DNA of 64,000 nucleotides from Bacilli bacterium (lineage in GTDB: Bacteria; Bacillota_I; Bacilli_A; ML615J-28; CAG-698), in NCBI GenBank assembly GCA_017962745.1, contig JAGCUR010000013.1, forward strand, positions 1,046 to 65,045. Reading direction: 5' to 3'. Shown one piece after another: positions 59,755 through 64,000 of the stretch; the first letter of the stretch is position 1; each line of letters begins with the position of its first letter. Below the pieces are notes generated by a model. It had not been told where the DNA came from, searched no databases, and saw only the letters and a list, made by a program, of their open reading frames with translations. Position numbers and translations under genes: made by a program.

Positions 59755-61032
59755 TTATTTAAAATTACCAAATTCAGCGATAGCTTCATCTACTGTCATT
59801 GTACCATTTGTAACTTGGGCACCAGCTCTACGAACTTGTACGTCTGGTGTATCAGCTAAACCTAAAGTGTACATGTAAATGATACTATCTTCTTTAATTT
59901 CATCGAATGAAGAATATACTTCATCAAGTGCCATGTTTTTACAAGGTGTCACCATACGTTTATTTTGGGCCATAGCATTTAATTCACTTGTAGAAACAAG
60001 GAAACGCATAAATTCGTTAGCGATATCTAAGTTCTTGCTATCCTTATTAACTGAGAAGCCAATTGAAATAGTATTCAAGAAATATCCACCACTTTGTGTA
60101 GATGGTACTGGATGGAAACTATATTTAAATGGATTAGCAATAAATGCTTCTGATTGTGTTTCACGTTTCTTTGTACCCGATACTGTATTAACTGATGAGA
60201 ACATCATTGGAATATCACCTTCAAAGAATCTCATGATAACTGCATTATAATCATTAGCTAATTCATTGCAACTTTCTAAATTAACAATATTCTTACTCAT
60301 GAAGTCGCTAATTAAGTTTAATGTAGAACGCATATATTCACCAGCGCCTTCTTTCATTTGGTTAAGATCTTGAATAGTTTGGGCATTATTTGCAATACTT
60401 CCGCAGAAATATGGGAAGAATAATGAGTATAACATTGATGTAGTTTCATTGTTATAACCCATAACTGGATTAGCATAACCTTTTTCTTTTAGTTGTAAGC
60501 TAACATTTACTAATTCTTCATATGTTTTAGGAATTGATAAACCTTCTTTTTTGAAGATATCTTCATTAACCATCATTCCATAAGTAGTTGTATAGATTGG
60601 AACAAGTGAAGTTTTACCATATCTATCTTTAGCAAGTAAGCCATCTCTAATGCAAGATAAGTTAATCTTTAGTGAAGCATCAGATAAATCTTCTGCTTTT
60701 TCAAATACAGCATTATAACTATCTGAATTTAACCATGCTGATTGTGTGAAATAAATATCTGGAGCTGTATCGCTAAGTAGCGTAGTAGCAATAATTTTAT
60801 TGTAATTATCAAGCTTTTCATATTTTAACTTTACATTTGGATAATATTCTTTGAAGCGGTTGAATTCTTCTTCTAATGCTTCAAAGTTATCATAATGTCC
60901 AGCAATAGTTAGTTCACCTGTTATTTCTTTATCAAGCGATGGAGTGAACTTTTCTTCTTTTTCTTTTTCCTTACAACCAATTAGTAAAGCAATCATTAAA
61001 AATACTAACAATATGCTAAATGCTTTTTTCAT
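59755..61032 (-). CDS. ABC transporter substrate-binding lipoprotein (family 1, carbohydrate type)
   Basis: 425 aa. Lipobox LIGC. Size and pattern of sugar SBPs. Overlaps the upstream sensor kinase gene by 4 nt. Confidence 0.75.
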   Translation of the reverse strand: MKKAFSILLVFLMIALLIGCKEKEKEEKFTPSLDKEITGELTIAGHYDNFEALEEEFNRFKEYYPNVKLKYEKLDNYNKIIATTLLSDTAPDIYFTQSAWLNSDSYNAVFEKAEDLSDASLKINLSCIRDGLLAKDRYGKTSLVPIYTTTYGMMVNEDIFKKEGLSIPKTYEELVNVSLQLKEKGYANPVMGYNNETTSMLYSLFFPYFCGSIANNAQTIQDLNQMKEGAGEYMRSTLNLISDFMSKNIVNLESCNELANDYNAVIMRFFEGDIPMMFSSVNTVSGTKKRETQSEAFIANPFKYSFHPVPSTQSGGYFLNTISIGFSVNKDSKNLDIANEFMRFLVSTSELNAMAQNKRMVTPCKNMALDEVYSSFDEIKEDSIIYMYTLGLADTPDVQVRRAGAQVTNGTMTVDEAIAEFGNFK

Positions 61033-63554
61033 TTTTTGTTCTCCTTTATTTTCCTTATTTCTTTAATAACAAACTTAATATCAATAGGTTTAGCAATATG
61101 ACCATTCATTCCCGCATTTATACATTCTGCCACATTTTCAGAGAATGCGTCAGCTGTCATAGCAATGATTGGAATATTAGCTTTTTCTTTATCTTCTAAT
61201 TTTCGAATTGCCCTAGTAGCATCTAAGCCATTCATCTCTGGCATCTGAATATCCATAAAGATTAAATCATATTCACCAGGTTTAGCTTCCATTAATTTTT
61301 CTAGACAAACTTTACCATTATTAGCTCTAACTGATCCTACTTTATGCATTTCAAGAAGCGTATGAATGATTTCCCAGTTGATGTCATTATCTTCCGCAAT
61401 CAAAGCAACCATTCCTTCAATATCTGAATAATCATCTTCAACTTCAACTTGGGCTACTTTCATATCTAATAATTCGCTAATCTTAGCATAAAGAGTTGAT
61501 TTGAATAGCGGTTTACTGATGAACCCATTGATACTAGAATCTTTGATTGCTTCTTCCGCATCATTCCAATCATAAGCAGATGTTAAAAGGATTGGCGTTT
61601 TATCGCCGATAATTTCCCGAATCTTGCGCGCTGTCTCAATTCCATCCATCGCTTTCATCTTCCAGTCAACGATAATAACATCATACATCTTAGAATCTTT
61701 ATGACTGCTAACTAGCTCTACCCCTTTAGCACCGCTATTTGCTTTTTCAGCCGTAGCGCCAAGAGATGCAAGAGTATCAGCTGCGGTAGCAAGAAGATCT
61801 TCATCATCATCTATTAGCAATACATCAATTGGTTTAAGCATCATCTCATCATTTTGCTTATCCGCAATCTTTAAGTCAATCGTTACAGTAAATGTAGTCC
61901 CTTTACCTAATTCACTTTGGCATTCAATAGTTCCACCCATCAAGTCTACCATTTTCTTAGTTATCGCTAAACCTAAGCCCGTTCCTTGAATCTTATTAAC
62001 GCGTGAATCTGTTTGACGGGAGAATGGTTGATACATTACGGCCATGAATTCTTCGCTCATGCCCATACCAGTATCAGAAACTATATATGTTTGCCTAATG
62101 AAACCTTCTTTATCGCTATCTTCTTGTTTTAAAGCGATACTTACTGTCCCACCAGGTTGGGTATATTTAATAGCGTTAGAAAGTATATTAATAAATACTT
62201 GGTTTAATCTAATTTGGTCAGCGTATAAATATTCCGTATTAACATTATCAACTCTAACGTTAAAGTTAATATCCTTTTCTTTAATCATCGGTTGCGAAAT
62301 ATTAACTAATGTTTCTACCATCTCTACAACCGAGAAATTAAGTGGGTTAAGTGATAATTTGCCACTTTCAACTTTTGATAAGTCTAATACGTCATTTATC
62401 AGTGTCAGTAAGTGATTACTAGCAAGCGAAATCTTGCGCAAGTTCTCGCTAACAATTTTCTTGTCATCAATCTTCTTTTCTGAAATCGCAGTTAGGCCAA
62501 TAATTGCATTCATCGGTGTACGAATATCATGCGACATTGTAGATAAGAAATCAGTCTTAGCTTTATTTGCTGACTCTGCTGCGATTGCCATTTGGTGCAA
62601 GCGCTTATTGACAAGGCGCATATAAATACCATTGGCAAGTAATAATAAGAGTAATGCAACGCTTACAACTCCAATTAACAACCAGTTTCCAGTACTAGTT
62701 GATAATTTACTATTTTGAATATAGTTAAGCATAACCCATCCATTTGCGGTAGCGATTGGTGTATGGGCAATAACGCAAGTATCGCCTCTTGAATCTTTCA
62801 TAAAGAGATTACCAGTAGTTATAGTTACTTCTTCTTTAAGAGTTTGTAGTTCAGTATTACTAATTGCGTTATATGATTTATAGAATTCAAAGAAATTATT
62901 ACTCTTAAACGAGCTACCTCTGATGATGTAATCACCATTAGCGTTAATGATTGATAGTTCCGCATCTTTAAATTCTTGTTGAGGGAAAGTCCATTTGTCT
63001 TCTAATTCAGATACTAATACGATTCTTAGAAGGAGGGCATCTCTTGGACTTCCACCATCATCAACTGTAATCTTATTGATAAATGCTAGAGATTGCTTTC
63101 CATTCATTGGATTAGTATATGCTCTAGATACATTAATTGCTTTACCAACATCAGCGATCCATTCTCTATTACCAAATATATCTACATTGCTATAAGATAC
63201 ATCATAGCTATAAGGATTCATAATATTTGGTCTAGTAGATAGGCCACTTAATGTATCTGCATAAATCAGGTGAGCAGCAGTATTTGTTAAGACATGTGAA
63301 GACTTAACAAATTCAGTTGCTTCATCTAATGTCATATTATTTTTATTGATATAACTTGCCCATACGTCACAAATACCTTGTTCACCTTGAAGATAGTTTT
63401 CCGTAATGCTTTCTAGCGCAATAGTCAAATTTTCAAAGCTAGCAATTCTATTGTCATAAATCTTCTTTTGTTCAGAACGCGAGTATAAAACAACGAATGT
63501 CAAAATACCAAATATGATTAAAACATTAATGATGGCGAGCAATTTATTTCTCAT
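61029..63554 (-). CDS. hybrid sensor histidine kinase with two C-terminal receiver domains
   Basis: 841 aa. Two TM flank a periplasmic sensor of about 270 aa. H-box SHDIRTPMNAIIGL. HATPase G-boxes DTGMGM and GTGLGL. REC1 LLIDDDED...DWKMKAMDG. REC2 LIAEDNDIN...MDIQMPEMNG. Confidence 0.85.
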   Translation of the reverse strand: MRNKLLAIINVLIIFGILTFVVLYSRSEQKKIYDNRIASFENLTIALESITENYLQGEQGICDVWASYINKNNMTLDEATEFVKSSHVLTNTAAHLIYADTLSGLSTRPNIMNPYSYDVSYSNVDIFGNREWIADVGKAINVSRAYTNPMNGKQSLAFINKITVDDGGSPRDALLLRIVLVSELEDKWTFPQQEFKDAELSIINANGDYIIRGSSFKSNNFFEFYKSYNAISNTELQTLKEEVTITTGNLFMKDSRGDTCVIAHTPIATANGWVMLNYIQNSKLSTSTGNWLLIGVVSVALLLLLLANGIYMRLVNKRLHQMAIAAESANKAKTDFLSTMSHDIRTPMNAIIGLTAISEKKIDDKKIVSENLRKISLASNHLLTLINDVLDLSKVESGKLSLNPLNFSVVEMVETLVNISQPMIKEKDINFNVRVDNVNTEYLYADQIRLNQVFINILSNAIKYTQPGGTVSIALKQEDSDKEGFIRQTYIVSDTGMGMSEEFMAVMYQPFSRQTDSRVNKIQGTGLGLAITKKMVDLMGGTIECQSELGKGTTFTVTIDLKIADKQNDEMMLKPIDVLLIDDDEDLLATAADTLASLGATAEKANSGAKGVELVSSHKDSKMYDVIIVDWKMKAMDGIETARKIREIIGDKTPILLTSAYDWNDAEEAIKDSSINGFISKPLFKSTLYAKISELLDMKVAQVEVEDDYSDIEGMVALIAEDNDINWEIIHTLLEMHKVGSVRANNGKVCLEKLMEAKPGEYDLIFMDIQMPEMNGLDATRAIRKLEDKEKANIPIIAMTADAFSENVAECINAGMNGHIAKPIDIKFVIKEIRKIKENKK

Positions 63555-63681
63555 TATGTATCGTTCCTCGTTACGTTATATTATTTATAGACTATATACA
63601 AATTCAATGTATCATAATTTTTTTATCTTTTCAATAAATTATTAAGTTAGCTTACTTTACTCAATACATTTTGCTTTTGAA

Positions 63682-63708
63682 ATAAAAAAAATACGCATCC
63701 TGCGTATC
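63682..63708 (-). terminator. rho-independent terminator after the rRNA/tRNA operon
   Basis: Stem ATACGCA/TGCGTAT with TCC loop, followed by T9 on the minus strand. Confidence 0.6.
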
Positions 63709-63770
63709 CAATAAAATATATATACTCATCTACTTAATTTAATCTTTAAATTAAATAGGATGTTACAAAA

Positions 63771-63847
63771 TGGTGACGAATACGGGATTCGAACCCGTGT
63801 ATGTATGCGTGAAAGGCATATGAGTTAAACCGCTTCTCCAATTCGCC
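63771..63847 (-). tRNA. tRNA-Glu (anticodon UUC)
   Basis: D-loop AAGCGGTTTAA. Anticodon loop CTTTCAC. T-arm ACGGG-TTCGAAT-CCCGT. Encoded CCA. Close to Bacillus tRNA-Glu. Confidence 0.8.
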
Positions 63848-63851
63848 ACAA

Positions 63852-63928
63852 TGGCGCCTCAACTAGGACTCGAACCTAGGACCCCCTGATTAACAGTCAG
63901 GTGCTCTAACCAACTGAGCTACTGAGGC
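63852..63928 (-). tRNA. tRNA-Asn (anticodon GUU)
   Basis: U8 A9. D-arm GCTC-AGTTGGTTA-GAGC. Anticodon arm CCTGA-CTGTTAA-TCAGG. T-arm CTAGG-TTCGAGT-CCTAG. CCA. Confidence 0.8.
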
Positions 63929-63940
63929 GTTAGAAATAAA

Positions 63941-64000
63941 GTTGGCAACTACCTACTTTTGCAGGGTAAAGACCCAACTATCATCGGCGTAAAAGTGCTT
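63941..64000 (-). rRNA. 5S rRNA, 3' portion (continues beyond window end)
   Basis: The reverse complement GCCGATGATAGTTGGGTCTTTACCCTGCAAAAGTAGGTAGTTGCCAAC matches the conserved 3' half of Firmicutes 5S rRNA (GCGCCGAUGGUAGUCGGGG...GAGAGUAGGACGCCGCCAAGC). Confidence 0.75.

Overview
This is a very AT-rich, Gram-positive-type window. It shows an LCP protein, DegV, lipoprotein lipoboxes and a low-GC Firmicutes / Erysipelotrichia-like gene content. Nearly every gene is on the minus strand, in tight and often overlapping operons.

Reading from high to low coordinate (the direction of transcription), the window contains:
- The 3' end of an rRNA operon (a 5S fragment, then tRNA-Asn and tRNA-Glu).
- A hybrid sensor kinase with two receiver domains, plus a sugar-type substrate-binding lipoprotein (SBP).
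- asnA and pta.
- An SDR-family enzyme with an odd C-terminal extension.
- A Fec-type ABC importer that is co-operonic with a methyltransferase.
- A pcp-arcA-arcB-arcC-decarboxylase arginine-deiminase operon. It lies behind a 485-bp intergenic region full of TTTGGCA motifs.
- tRNA-Gln, a GNAT protein, a PlsC-like acyltransferase and tRNA-Thr(CGU).
- A tightly packed eight-gene operon of unknown function: DUF362, PfkB kinase, Cof HAD, Sfp-type PPTase, two FAD oxidoreductases plus DUF1667, and a CofE-like protein. An MFS transporter gene follows it across a 73-bp gap.
- An Rhs/YD-repeat polymorphic toxin locus: a 1845-aa Rhs protein, a candidate immunity gene, an orphan C-terminal toxin cassette sharing a 240-bp direct repeat with the main gene, and a second candidate immunity gene.
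- A run of ribosome-associated factors: an ABC-F protein, TypA/BipA, DegV, a U32 peptidase and an EF-G paralog.
- rluA-family, leuS, and a collagen-like type-I membrane protein.
- An LCP protein, then a MarR repressor with a 26-bp perfect palindromic operator, followed by a heterodimeric ABC exporter.

I saw no transposase, integrase, CRISPR array or prophage genes. The Rhs locus is the clearest accessory, novel element. Its two toxin tips look undescribed, and its secretion route is not evident from the sequence.
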